Positions 1 through 11,091 of a stretch of DNA of 64,000 bases are shown piece by piece. The number at the start of each line of letters is the position of its first letter. The stretch's first letter is position 1. The DNA is from Malacoraja senta (lineage: Eukaryota): positions 4,900,001-4,964,000 of the forward strand of contig CM075993.1 in the NCBI GenBank assembly GCA_038087875.1, in the 5' to 3' direction. The position numbers were made by a program, and so were the translations under genes. The notes under the pieces were generated by a model. It had not been told where the DNA came from and did not search any database. It worked only from the letters and a program-made list of their open reading frames with translations.

Positions 1-638
1 ACATAGATATAGACATAGAAAATAGGTGCAGGAGTAGGCCATTCGGCCCTTCGAGCCTGCACCGCCATTCAATATGATCATGGCTGATCATCCAACTCAG
101 TATCCTGTACCTGCCTTCTCTCCATACCCCCTGATCCCTTTAGCCACAAGGGCCACATCTAACTCCCTCTTAAATATAGCCAATGAACTGACCTCAACTA
201 CATTCTGTGGCAGAGAATTCCAGAGATTCACCACTCTCTGTGTAAAAAATGTTTTTCTCATCTCAGTCCTAAAAGATTTCCCCTTTATCCTTAAACTGTG
301 ACCCCTTGTTCTGGACTTCCCCAACATCGGGAACAATCTTCCTGCATCTAGTCTGTCCAACCCCTTAAGAATTTTGTAAGTTTCTATAAGATCCCCCCTC
401 AATCTTCTAAATTCTAGCGAGTACAAGCCGAGTCTATCCAGTCTTTCTTCATATGAAAGTCCTGCCATCCCAGGAATCAGTCTGGTGAACCTTCTCTGTA
501 CTCCCTCTATGGCAAGAATGTCCTTCCTCAGATTAGGAGACCAAAACTGTACGCAATACTCCAGGTGTGGTCTCACCAAGACCCTGTACAACTGCAGTAG
601 AACCTCCCTGCTCCTATACTCAAATCCTTTTGCTATGA
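1..638 (-). mobile_element. CR1 LINE, 5'-truncated 3' end
   Basis: ORF 97-591 encodes the CR1 ORF2 C-terminus (LVRPHLEYCVQFWSP..RRLRGDLIETYKIL..FFTQRVVNLWNSLP), followed by a hairpin and TCTATG-type tail. Confidence 0.93.
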
Positions 639-1289
639 CCTACCTGTTGGGATCTGTGGATTGGCACTCTGTATCTTCTGTGGGTCCACGCTTCTCATTC
701 ATTGTACACTGACTGGCCTTTTCCAAATGTACTGCCTCTGAGTTCTCCAGAATAAAATCCATTGATTCCTTCCTGGTGCCCCAGATTCCCTCACTGCCAC
801 CAAGGACTGTCAAATACATTGCCAGCTTTGGATGGAGGTTCAGTGGACACAGGTTGTGCAAGCCCAAATGCCACTGTTGTGCCACATGCCAACAGTCCAA
901 CTCAAAGCCTTGTGCAATTTCCAATACCAGCAGTGCAGGAACAATGATATATACTTGCAAGAGAAAAATGTCTAATGAATTAGAAATCACAAAGCTGCTT
1001 GAAATTTGTAATAAGAATAGATTCTGTAAACAGGCAGCATGTCAGGAAACTGCTCTGGGGATTGTAAAAAGCAATTAACATGACAGGAAAGAAAGGCATT
1101 TTTTTCTGTTTGGGATTGCCCAGTGGTCAGTCTGACTACTTGGTTAACCAGACTGCCCGCAATAGGTCAAGTGGCTTAAAGAGTCGAGTGTATTTAATTG
1201 TCATATGTACCGACAATGGAAGAATTAAGATTCTTACCTGGGTGCAGCTAAACAGGCCCATTAACAGAATACACACGTGATATAATAAT

Positions 1290-1720
1290 AGAAACATAGG
1301 TGCAGGAGTAGGCTATTCGGCCCTTTGAGCCTGCACCGCCATTCAATATGATCATGGCTGATCATCCAACTCAGTATCCTGTACCTGCTTTCTCTCCATA
1401 CCCCCTGATCCCTTTAGCCACAAGGGCCACATCTAACTCCCTCTTAAATATAGCCAATGAACTGGCCTCAATTACCTTCTGTGGCAGAGAATTCCAGAGA
1501 TTCACCACTCTTTGTGTAAAAAATGTTTTTCTCATCTCGGTCCTAAAAGACTTCCCCCTTATCCTTAAACTGTGACCCCTTGTTCTGGACTTCCCCAACA
1601 TCGGGAACAATCTTCCTGCATCTAGCCTGTCCAACCCCTTAAGAATTTTGTACGTTTCTATAAGATCCCCCCCTCAATCTTCTAAACTCTAGCGAGTACA
1701 AGCCGAGTCTATCCAGTCTT
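1290..1720 (-). mobile_element. CR1 LINE 3' fragment, near-identical to the copy at 1-638
   Basis: Same ORF2 C-terminus and 3' UTR sequence. Confidence 0.92.
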
Positions 1721-1762
1721 TATCAAAAATAAAATAAAATAAAAACCATAATATTAGGTAAC

Positions 1763-1897
1763 CATCATCATCATCGGCGGTCACTCGAAACGAGTATGAC
1801 TGTCCTCTTTCGGGAGGACGCCTGTGCATGACTTTGTTTAACGTGGGGAGACTGGGGCACAGACAGCCACCCCACGGTCCTTGACGGATCTGGGTCC
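1763..1897 (-). mobile_element. 3' fragment of an RTE-like non-autonomous retroposon with (GAT)n tail
   Basis: Near-identical to 15611-15745; ends in tandem GAT. Confidence 0.55.
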
Positions 1898-2159
1898 GTA
1901 TACAAGACAAGGCAAGAGAGTTTATTGTCATGTGTCCCAGATAGGACAATGAAATTCTCCGGACAATATAAGTGCAAAACCTTAGTCCACAGTGCAACCA
2001 AAGTCATGAGAAGATGATAGTTGCTGAGGTAGTGGTTGGTAGTGTGCAGTGTTCAAGAATCTAATGGGAAGAAGTTATTCTTGAACCTGGAGGTCCTGTA
2101 CCAACCTCCCCATTGTAATAGCGAAATGAGAGTGCGGCCAGTGTGGTGTGGGTCTTTGA

Positions 2160-2402
2160 GTTTAAGAAGGAACTGAAGATGCTGGAAAATCGAAGGTAGG
2201 CAAAAGTGCTGGAGAAACTCAGCGTGTGCAGCAGCATCTATGGAGCGAAGGAAATAGGCAACGTTTCGGCCCGAAACCCTTCTGGGTTTCGTCCCGAAAC
2301 GTTGCCTATTTCCTTCAGGGTTTCGGAACAAAACGTTGCCTATTTCCTTCGCTCCATAGATGCTGCCCCACCCGCTGAGTTTCTCCAGCACTTTTGTCTA
2401 CC
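2160..2402. mobile_element. Penelope-derived foldback insertion inside a Rex1-like fragment
   Basis: Inverted arms centred on GGGTTTCG..CCCGAAACGTT; flanked by direct repeat GGGTCTTTGA. Confidence 0.75.
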
Positions 2403-3064
2403 TGTGGGGTCTTTGATATTGGCTGCCTTTTTGAGGGAGCCAACACCCTCTGGTTTAGGAAGAGGGAGGCAAGAATTTAAGACCCTCTACTAAACCGTGA
2501 TGGCTGTTTATCTAACGCTGCGGTACACCGGGTAAATAAATGTATTAACTAATGCAATATTCCGACAGAGTTTCAGAATATGAAAATAACCAGTTAGCCC
2601 AAATAATACGATACGATAGAACTTTATTCATTCCAGGAGGGAAATTGGTTTGCCAACACTCATAAAACACTAGAAGATAGATACAACTAAATGTGAAATT
2701 AAAGTGATGAGTGGAAAGTTCAAGATTGGGGATGTGCAAAGATTGGGTGGGGGTGGGAGGGAGGGGGAAGGGGAGTCAGTCTACCCCACGACAGTCAGTC
2801 TACCCCACGACAGAAGAGGGAGGAGTAGTACAGTCGGACATCAGGGGGTATGGAGAGAAGGCAGGTACGGGATACTGAGTTGGATGATCAGCCATGATAA
2901 TATTGAATGGCAGTGCAGGCTCGAAGGGCCGAATGGCCTACTCCTGCACCTATTTTCTATGTATCTATGTATCAGTCGATCTTATTATTTATCATGGCTG
3001 ATTTATATTCCTGACTGTCGGTGTTTGAGTTAACTGTTTGATCACCCTGTTTCTCCTTGTTTAG

Positions 3065-3141
3065 GATTTCGAATCTTTTGCCTGGCCACAATTCCAAATC
3101 CAGCAGCAACAACTCAGTCAGCGCCACTGCACCACCCCTTG
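3065..3141 (+). CDS. PSTPIP1: PSTPIP1 internal coding exon (linker before the SH3 domain); upstream exons lie outside the window or were not found
   Basis: Polypyrimidine tract + tttag acceptor and GTGAGT donor. Translates (R)ISNLLPGHNSKSSSNNSVSATAPPL, resembling the PSTPIP1 RFSGLLHG linker. Its phase-1 end joins the next exon in frame. Confidence 0.75.
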
Positions 3142-3189
3142 GTGAGTAATGGTATTGACATAAATTATGCTTTCAGAATTATTATTTTT

Positions 3190-3678
3190 GAGTGGCGCAG
3201 CGGTAGAGTTGCTGCCTTATGGCCCTGTCCCACTGTACGAGGTAATTCAAGAGCTCTCCCGAGTTTTACCAAAAATCAAACTTGTGGTAAGCATGTAGAA
3301 TGTACGTCGGAGCTCGGGGACGTCTCTTAGCGGCTCGTAACGCTAACGGCAGGTACTCGGGAAACGCGGTAAGCTCGGGAAGACTCGTGAACATTTTTCA
3401 ACATGTTGAAAAATGTCCACGAGAGCCCCGAGTACCCACGAGCGGCCATTACCGTAAATCTCCGAGTTCGAATCAGGGGAAACTCGGGAGAACTCTTGAA
3501 TTACCTCGTACAGTGGGACAGCCCCATTACAGCACCAGAGACCCGGGTTTGACCCTGACTACGGGTGCTGTCTGTACGGAGTTTGTACGTTCTCCCCGTG
3601 ACCTGAGTGGGTTTTCTCCGAGACCTTCGGTTTCCTCCCACACTCCAAAGACGTACAGGTATGTAGGTTGATTGGCGT
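3190..3678 (+). mobile_element. HE1-type V-SINE split by a Harbinger MITE
   Basis: tRNA-like head GTGGCGCAGCGGTAGAGTTGCTGCCTTA resumes after the MITE as CAGCACCAGAGACCCGGG, followed by the V-domain. Confidence 0.8.
3220..3526. mobile_element. PIF/Harbinger-type MITE
   Basis: ~34-bp TIRs TGG(CC/GG)CTGTCCCACTGTACGAGGTAATTCAAGAG; TTA target duplication at 3217-3219 and 3527-3529. Confidence 0.88.
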
Positions 3679-4246
3679 AGTCGGGATCGAACCTGGGTCT
3701 CTGGCGCTGTGAGGCAGTAGTTCTACCGCTGCGTCACCGTGCTGCCCTTAGCAGTCATGATACATTACTGTGAGTTCCTCCTGTTTCCATGGTCACTCTT
3801 TAGGAAGGCGGGGAATGCACAAAATTACTGGAGTTTGTGATCAGATTTGCTATCAATGTTGCCTTCTCTCGAGATTGATCTGGGCTGCATGAAGTAACCA
3901 TGCAGAGAGTAGACTTGGTATTCTGAGGAAAGGCTGGGATAAAGGGGATAGGTAGAGAATGTTTCCACTTGTGGGAGAGCCTAGGACCAGTGGCCACAGC
4001 CTCATAATTCAAGGCTGTTCATTTAGGAGGCTGAGGAGGAATTGCCTTAGTCAGAAGGTGGTGAATCTGTGGAATTAATTGCCACAGAAGGTTGTGGAGG
4101 CCAAGTCAATGGATATTTTTAAGGCAAAGGTCGATATATTCTTGATTAGTACAGGTGTTAGGGATTTATGGGGAGAAGGCAGGAGGTTGAGATACATCAG
4201 CCACGATTGAATGGCAGAGGTAGACTTGATGGGCTGAATGGCCTAA

Positions 4247-4954
4247 AGCCCCTGTCCCACTTTCACAACCTAATTGGCGACCTCTGCCGAGTTTCCCCTT
4301 GACTCATACTCGCAACATGGTCGCCACGAGGTCGTAGGAGGTCTTCGTAACTCTTCCTCGTGCTCGTGAGTGGTCTCCGCTTACTCGTGGCCTCAAGTAG
4401 GTCGCGGCGTTTTTCCAGCCTGATAAAAAATGTCCACGAGTAAAAAAAGGTCGGAATGGAAAAAATTGATACTTTTTACTCGTAGGTAGGTCGTAGTAGG
4501 CCGTGATGGTAGTTGTAGGTAGTCGTAGGTCGGTAACTGGCCCGAGAAAAAAGAATGCAAACAAGACATCATTTTATTATGCGATCATTTTCCACTCGTA
4601 GCTAGTAGTAGTTAGTCTTAGGTGTGGAAGACTGAGGTCGAGGGGGGTCGTAGGAGGTCGTAGACATAGTCGTAGGAGGTCATAGACATAGTCGTAGGAG
4701 GTCGTAGACATAGTCGTAGGAGGTCGTAGACATAGTCGTAGGAGGTCGTAGACATAGTCGTAGGAAGTCGTAGACATAGTCGTAGGAGGTCGTAGACATA
4801 GTCGTAGGAGGTCGTAGACATAGTCGTAGGAGGTCGTAGAAATAGTCGTAGGAAGTCTTTTACTTCGGCGAGTCAACACGACCTTGGCATTTTTTTCAAC
4901 TCGTCTAGGGTCTTCTAAACTCGTGGATTAGATCGACCAAGTGGGACAGGCCCT
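4247..4954. mobile_element. PIF/Harbinger-type MITE inserted in a CR1 3' tail
   Basis: TIRs AG..CCTGTCCCACTT / AAGTGGGACAGGCCCT; TAA duplication at 4244-4246 and 4955-4957. Confidence 0.85.
4657..4854. repeat. 22-bp minisatellite, 9 copies (GTCGTAGACATAGTCGTAGGAG)
   Basis: Directly visible tandem array with few variants, inside the MITE. Confidence 0.95.
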
Positions 4955-5375
4955 TAATTCTGCTCCTAATCACTTAGAGAGTTATGATAGTTACCTGCCT
5001 TGGACATGGGTACAGGCTTCCACTTACCACTAGATGGCAACATTGGTCTGCTTTTGCAAAAACAATGAATCCCACAAAATCCAACCACAATCTTTCTTAT
5101 TGATAAATATTGCCCACAGGCCAGGTTCAGCACTCTTAGTTCAGGGATGATCCGTTTTTCAGTCACTGGGTGATGTTCAGTGATATAAATACTCACAATA
5201 AACTGGGAGGGGGGGGGGAGATTAAGCCATGGCTTGTGATGTGCGGACAAAATTAATACCATAGATTTGTCATTGTAATTGGAATTAATTTATGAGCCAA
5301 GTATGTAAACATTCAGTTTTAACCTTGAGATAAAGTTTTTGCAGTGCTCACACTATGTTGGTTTTCTGTGTTTAG

Positions 5376-5461
5376 TGGCAGAAGAATTGTACGCCACTGT
5401 TGCTGTTACACAGGAGGAAACCCCAAACAACTACAGAGTTCTCTACGACTACACTGCCCAG
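5376..5461 (+). CDS. PSTPIP1: PSTPIP1 penultimate coding exon (start of SH3)
   Basis: tttag acceptor and GTAAAC donor. Encodes (V)AEELYATVAVTQEETPNNYRVLYDYTAQ, matching the PSTPIP1 ..VYTAI..YRALYDYTAQ region. Confidence 0.92.
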
Positions 5462-5539
5462 GTAAACGTGACACTTCCCTGTTGCCACTCTCTGGTGAGG
5501 CGCTGTCTCTCCTTGCAAAAGGGCCTTCTATATAAGTCT

Positions 5540-6253
5540 TTAAGAAGGAACTGCAGATGCTGGAAAATCGTCGCTTTACCTCCCCCCTTGACTCCATTCA
5601 AGGACCCAAGCAGTCTTTCCAGGTGAGGCAGAGGTTCACCTGCACCTCCTCCAACCTCATCCGTTGCATCCGCTGCTCTAGATGTCAGCTGCTCTACGTC
5701 GGTGAGACCAAGCGTAGGCTTGGCGATCGCTTCGCCCAACACCTCCGCTCGGTTCGCAATAACCAAGGAGGTGCAGTCCTCTTTCTTACAGTTTGGCTTT
5801 CTTCCCAACCAATTGTTCAAGCAACATGCACCTTAATTTAGTTCAACAAAGAAACTGACAAGTTACTAAAGATCTCCTGGTGGCTCAGTACTTCAACTCC
5901 CCCTCCCATTCCAAATCTGACCTTTCTGTCCTGGGCCTCCTCCATGGCCAGAGTGAGTCCCACTGCAAATTGGAGGAACAGCACCTCATGTTTCGCTTGG
6001 GCAGTTTGCACCCCAGCGGTATGAACATTGATTTCTCTAATTTCAGGTACTCCTTACTTTCTCCTCCCCTTCCCAGCTCTCCCTCAGCCCTCTGGCTCCA
6101 CCTCTACCTTTCTTCTTCCCCCCCCCCCCACCCCCCCCCCCACCCCCACCCTCACATCAGCCTGAAGAAGGGTTTCGGCCCGAAAACGTTGCCTATTTCC
6201 TTCACTCCATACATGCTGCCTCACCCGCTGAGTTTCTCCAGCACTTTTGTCTA
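5540..6253 (+). mobile_element. Penelope-like element 3' part (GIY-YIG endonuclease remnant + terminal repeat), with a short inverted 5' piece
   Basis: NLIRCIRCSRCQLLYVGETKRRLGDRFAQH..LEEQHLMFRLGSLHPSGMN. Flanked by CCTTCTATATAAGTCT direct repeats at 5524-5539 and 6254-6269. Confidence 0.88.
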
Positions 6254-6367
6254 CCTTCTATATAAGTCTGCAGTGTGCAGGAAGGAACTGCAGATGCTGG
6301 ATTATAGCGAGGATAGACACAAAATGCTGGAGTGACTCAGCATCTCCGGAGATGCTGCCCGACCGGC

Positions 6368-6590
6368 TGGTTCGATCCTGACTATGGGTGCTGCCTGTTT
6401 GTACGTTCTCCCCGTGACCTGCGTGGGTTTTCTCCAGGTGCTCAGGTTTTCAACCACACTCCAAAGACGTACAGGTTTGCAGGTTAATTGGCTTGGTAAA
6501 ATTGTAAATTGTCCCTAGTGTGTGTAGGATAGTGTTAGTGTACGCGGATCGCTGGACCTGTTCCTGTGCTGTATCTCTAAACTAATCTAA
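6368..6590 (+). mobile_element. HE1-type SINE (5'-truncated)
   Basis: GGTTCGATCC B-box, V-domain and CTAAA tail. Confidence 0.8.
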
Positions 6591-6854
6591 AGCTATTTGC
6601 TAAGTGAAATTTTTATTTTGTCCCCGATAGCGACCCCAGAAATGTCCTTGAAAGACTGTAGAAGTGATCCATTTCTCCATTTGCTTGCTATAAATATATT
6701 TTCTTAAGATAATAAATGTCGTTTATATTGCTTTTCTTTGATTGGGATAGATACTGGGGGGGGGGGGAGGAATTGGGGGTCAGTTTTATGACCTGGGCTG
6801 CTGGTAAAATGAACTCGTACCTCCTGCGTTCTCAACCCTCTGTGTCTTCGTCAG

Positions 6855-6986
6855 AATGGCGACGAGTTGGACATTGCTGCCGACGACATTATCCAGATCA
6901 CAGACGAGAGTGATGATGGGTGGTGGACAGCAAGCCGCAACGGGCAGAGTGGCCTCGTCCCCAGCACCTACTTGGAGAAGGCCTGA
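6855..6986 (+). CDS. PSTPIP1: PSTPIP1 terminal coding exon (rest of SH3, stop TGA)
   Basis: tcag acceptor. Encodes [43 protein letters not shown], a canonical SH3 ending the protein. PSTPIP2 lacks an SH3, and the gene is adjacent to TSPAN3. Confidence 0.93.
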   Translation, partial: NGDELDIAADDIIQITDESDDGWWTASRNGQSGLVPSTYLEKA

Positions 6987-7567
6987 GCTCCAAGCACGGC
7001 ACAAATCCAGCTGCATGTCGATTGAAGAACAGGGAAACTTGTTGTAGCGGTCGATGGTGGCCGCCTGCTGCTTTGTTTTAAGTTTACGTGAGGTGATTGA
7101 TTAAATGCTGTTGTTGGTCACACATTGTAGATTTATCACTTGTAGGCCAGTACTGTGTGGCAACTTAGACAATTGACAATAGACAACAGGTACAGGAGTA
7201 GGCCCTTCGAGCCAGCACCGCCATTCAATGTGATCATCCCCAATCAGTCCCCCGTTCCTGCCTTCTCCCCATATCCCCTGACTCTGCTATTTTTAAGAGC
7301 CCTATCTGGCTCTCTCTTGAAAGCATCCAGAGAACCTGCCTCCACCACCCTCTGAGGCAGAGAGCGCGTGTAACATTACTGCAGAATTATATTATGCGTT
7401 CCTGTGAGACGGGAATAACTTATTCCTACACATCTCGAAATTACGTTCTTGCACTAATGAACTCCTGGAACTTTGTGGCATTCTGCTCTTCTTCCACTTT
7501 TGCCCTATTCTGGCTACTGACCAGTGCATGCGTGGATATGTATTGTAAAGCATCTACCCTGCACTTC

Positions 7568-7975
7568 TGTGGAAAGGAACTGCAGATGTTGGTTTAAACC
7601 GAAGATAGACACAAAACGCTGGAGTCACTCAGCGGGACAGGCAGCATCTCTGGAGAGAAGGAATGGGTGACGTTTTTGGGTCGAGATCCTTCTTCAGGTA
7701 GCCCCGGCATTCCCTCTCTCTATCCCTCCCCCACCCAAGTCGCACCAGCTTCTCGTTTTCACCCAACAAACGGCTAACAATGGCCTGTTTCCTTTATCAT
7801 CGTTACTTTCTTGCGTATCTTTCATCCATTGTTCTTTATCTCTCTACATCATCGTCTATATCTCTCGTTTCCCTTATCCCCTGACAGGTCTGAAGAAGGG
7901 TCTTGACCTGAAACGTCGCACATTCCTTCTCTCCAGAGATGCTGCCTGTCCCGCTGAGTTACTCTGGCTGTTTTT
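7568..7975. mobile_element. Penelope-derived foldback element in the putative PSTPIP1 3' UTR
   Basis: Inverted terminal-repeat arms around a Penelope 3' UTR segment. Confidence 0.75.
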
Positions 7976-8324
7976 GTTCACCCAGTGCTTGCACTGATTC
8001 CAACTGTTCATGTGAATAACAAAGTTGTATCAGAGGTAGACAAAAATGCTGGAGAAACTCAGCGGGTGCAGCAGCATCTATGGAGCGAAGGAAAGAGGCA
8101 ACGTTTCGGGTCGAAACCCTTCGCACCCGCTGAGTTTCTCCAGCATTTCTGTGTACCTGGGATTTTCCAGCATCTGCAGTTCCTCTTAAACAAAAAGTTG
8201 AATCAATGAACCAACTCGGGGCAGTTTGTGAACGTCCTCACCTTCATGAATGAATTAACGAGAGACCTTTAAGGAGAGTCCCAGAGCAATGTATAACCAA
8301 TACTGGAGATACCCAAAATAATGT

Positions 8325-8930
8325 TTAAATCAACTATTTACAAAAATACACGCAAAAATACAAACAAACCCACCACCATAATACAAAATAAACCAAATAT
8401 TCTTAAATATTAAATCACTATTTCCCCCATCCTTATTGAGAATACATTCCACCCCCGGTGGTGCCCAGCAATCCCCCAGGGCGCCAGTGGACAGCGGGTA
8501 GTCCCTCTCTAGTATCGCCCGGGCGCGGACGTACCCCCGGAAAAGGGGCTGGCAGCCGGCTCGGGCAGAGCCCTCTTCCACCTGGCGCCGTGACTCGTGG
8601 ATGGCCAGCTTGGCCAGGCCCAAGAGCAACCTAACCAGGACATCTTCAGCCCTGCACCTCCTCCCCTACGCATGGGGTGTCCGAAGATGAGGATGGTGGG
8701 TGTGAAGTGCAGCCAGAAGGAGCAGCCTCTTTTTAGATATTGGAACAGGGGCTGCAGCCTCACGCACTCCATGTACGCACGTGGAACACAGACTCTTCCA
8801 GCCCGCAACGGTGGCAGGCGAGTCTGTGAACCGCGAGAGAAACAGGTTGCACGGGACTCCTTAGTGCAGTATCCTCCACCCCAGGCCCCCGCTGTAGAGG
8901 GGGAGAATCCCTGCGTAGGGGACCCCCACT
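8325..8930 (-). mobile_element. Tx1/L1-clade LINE 3' fragment (degenerate ORF2 C-terminus)
   Basis: Frameshifted pieces YMECVRLQPLFQYLK, FWLHFTPTILIFGHP and LLGLAKLAIHESRRQ. Confidence 0.65.
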
Positions 8931-9698
8931 GCATGATCCAGCTTTGGTGGAGCAGTTGAAGAAGGACCCATCAGTGTCGAGTTCTGTCTGCCTTCAGATC
9001 CCACACTGGCTATCCAAGTGGTTCATTGTTCCCAGAAAATATCTTGACAAAGAAATGCTGGAGTTTATCGATTCTGAATCTAGGATTGTCAATTCCTTTC
9101 CTGTATTGCCCATCTTTATTCCTGAGGCATGTGAATGGTTTTATTGTACAGTGTTTAGTTTTAGATAGTCTAAGAATCATTGTGATTTCTAGCCGTTAGT
9201 TTGAATGTCAGAAAACACTTCCATTTTCCAAAAGCATATGTGTGTGTGTGTGTGTGCATAACACTGACTATCTTGCAGTTGTCACAATCTATCGTTATAG
9301 ATTTATGTGAAGGTTTTAACATTGAAACTACTTATCGTGACATTTAAGCTGCAAAACTTGCAAATAGCCGGCTGTAGTGTTGCAGTTGCAATTTCTGGCC
9401 ATGAGGCGGTGCAATGGAGCATGTTCTAGTGTTATAACTGTGTTCACCATTTCAGTAATTGTACTGTTAAATGCTGGACTTGTTCGCTGTGAGACATGGT
9501 AGCAAGAGCAGTATTCAGATCCTGTATTAAAAGTTGCATATAGTTTTATATAAATAGTGACAGTGAGAAAGTGACAAAAATCTCTACACAGTGATAGTTT
9601 GTGATTTAAGTATTAACCGTTGTAAATAGTTAAGGAGCCAAACTAATATATAGCCACAAGACTCATTTTATGTCTACCTGTCTCATTAGCAAATGCTT

Positions 9699-9704
9699 AA
9701 TAAA
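9699..9704 (+). terminator. Candidate distal PSTPIP1 polyadenylation signal AATAAA
   Basis: AATAAA ends a repeat-poor AT-rich UTR-like stretch and is followed by a T/GT-rich element. Alternative ATTAAA sites occur near 7100 and 9526. Confidence 0.4.
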
Positions 9705-11091
9705 GTTGGTTTATAATTTGCTTTTCAGAAATGAATGTTTTTTTTTGGCTTCTTGGGAAAGCTACTTTGATACTGATGATGAAACTCGCCTTTATAACTG
9801 CGTCCATTTTCAGAGCCGCACAACATAGCGACCGGCCCTTTGGCCCATCTCGTCCATGCAAGCGATGCCCATGTGCGCTGACCCCATTTGCCCGCACGAG
9901 ACACAAAGTGCTGGAGTAACTCAGCGTGTCAGACAGCATCTGATGGAGAACATGGACAGGGAAAGTTTTGGGTCAGGACACCTCTTCAGTCTCAAGAAGG
10001 GTCTCGATCCAAAACATCTCCTATCAATGGTTGAGAGAGACGCTGCCTGATCCGCTGAATTACTCCAGCACTTTTTTGTAATCCAACATCTGCTTAGGGT
10101 TTCGGCCCGAAACGTTACCTATTTCCTTCGCTCCATAGATGCTGCTGCACCCGCTGAGTTTCTCCAGTATTTTTGTGTACCTTCGATTTTCCAGCATCTG
10201 CAGTTCCTTCTTTAATAATCTGCTGTTCCTTATCCCTCTAACATTTTAGATGGATATTGTTTGACGGTTTCCAGCAGCTGCAGGTGGTATTTGTCACCCA
10301 TAGATGGTGCCAGAGGTCCACCTTGCATTTTTTAATCATACCACAATTAAATAGTTGCAGTACAGCACAAGAATAGGCCCTTTAGCCCACAAAGTCTGTG
10401 CCAAATTCCAGGCACCCACCACTCTTATGAAAAAAATTGCCAGAGACATCTTTAAACTTTCCCCTTCTCACTTTAAAGTTAAATCCACTAGTCTTTGACA
10501 ACTCCACCCAGGGAACAAATTCTGACTGCCTGCCCTATCCAAGCCTCTCAATCTTACAAACTTCTATCAGGTTCTCCCCTCAGTCTCCAGCGCTCAAGAG
10601 AAAACAATCCAAGTTTGTCCAACCTCCCCTTATAGTTAATACACCAACATCAACCCAGGCAGAATCCTGGTAAACCTCGGCTGCACCCTCTCCAAAGCCT
10701 CCACATCCTTCCTGTAATGGGGTGACCATAACTGCACACACTATTCCAAATGTGTATCAAGGAACTGCAGATGCTGGTTTAAACCATAGACACAAAATGC
10801 TGGAGTAACTCAGTGGGACAGGCAGCATGTCTGGAGAGAAGGAATGGGTGACGTTTTGGGTCAAGCCGGATTCGACCTGAAACGTCACCCATTCCTTCTC
10901 TCCAAAGATGCTACCTGTCACACTATTTCAAATGTGGCCTAACCGGCATTATATGAAGCTGCAACACGACTTCCTGACTCTTATCCCGAACGCCGGGATC
11001 ACTAGGTGATTCCTATTTTAAATGTTCTTGTTTTAACCGGCACTGCTGATGGAAATAGTGCAAGAATAATCTGCAGCAGTGAGGATAGACA

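Noticed and set aside
640..1280. Short ORFs in a PSTPIP1 intron as an additional exon
   Set aside because: No F-BAR-like similarity or convincing splice pair was recognised.
4577..4879. Repetitive ORFs (TTSYDYVYDLLRLCLRPP) and a possible CRISPR-like array
   Set aside because: These are translations of a head-to-tail 22-bp minisatellite with no spacers, inside a MITE in eukaryotic DNA.
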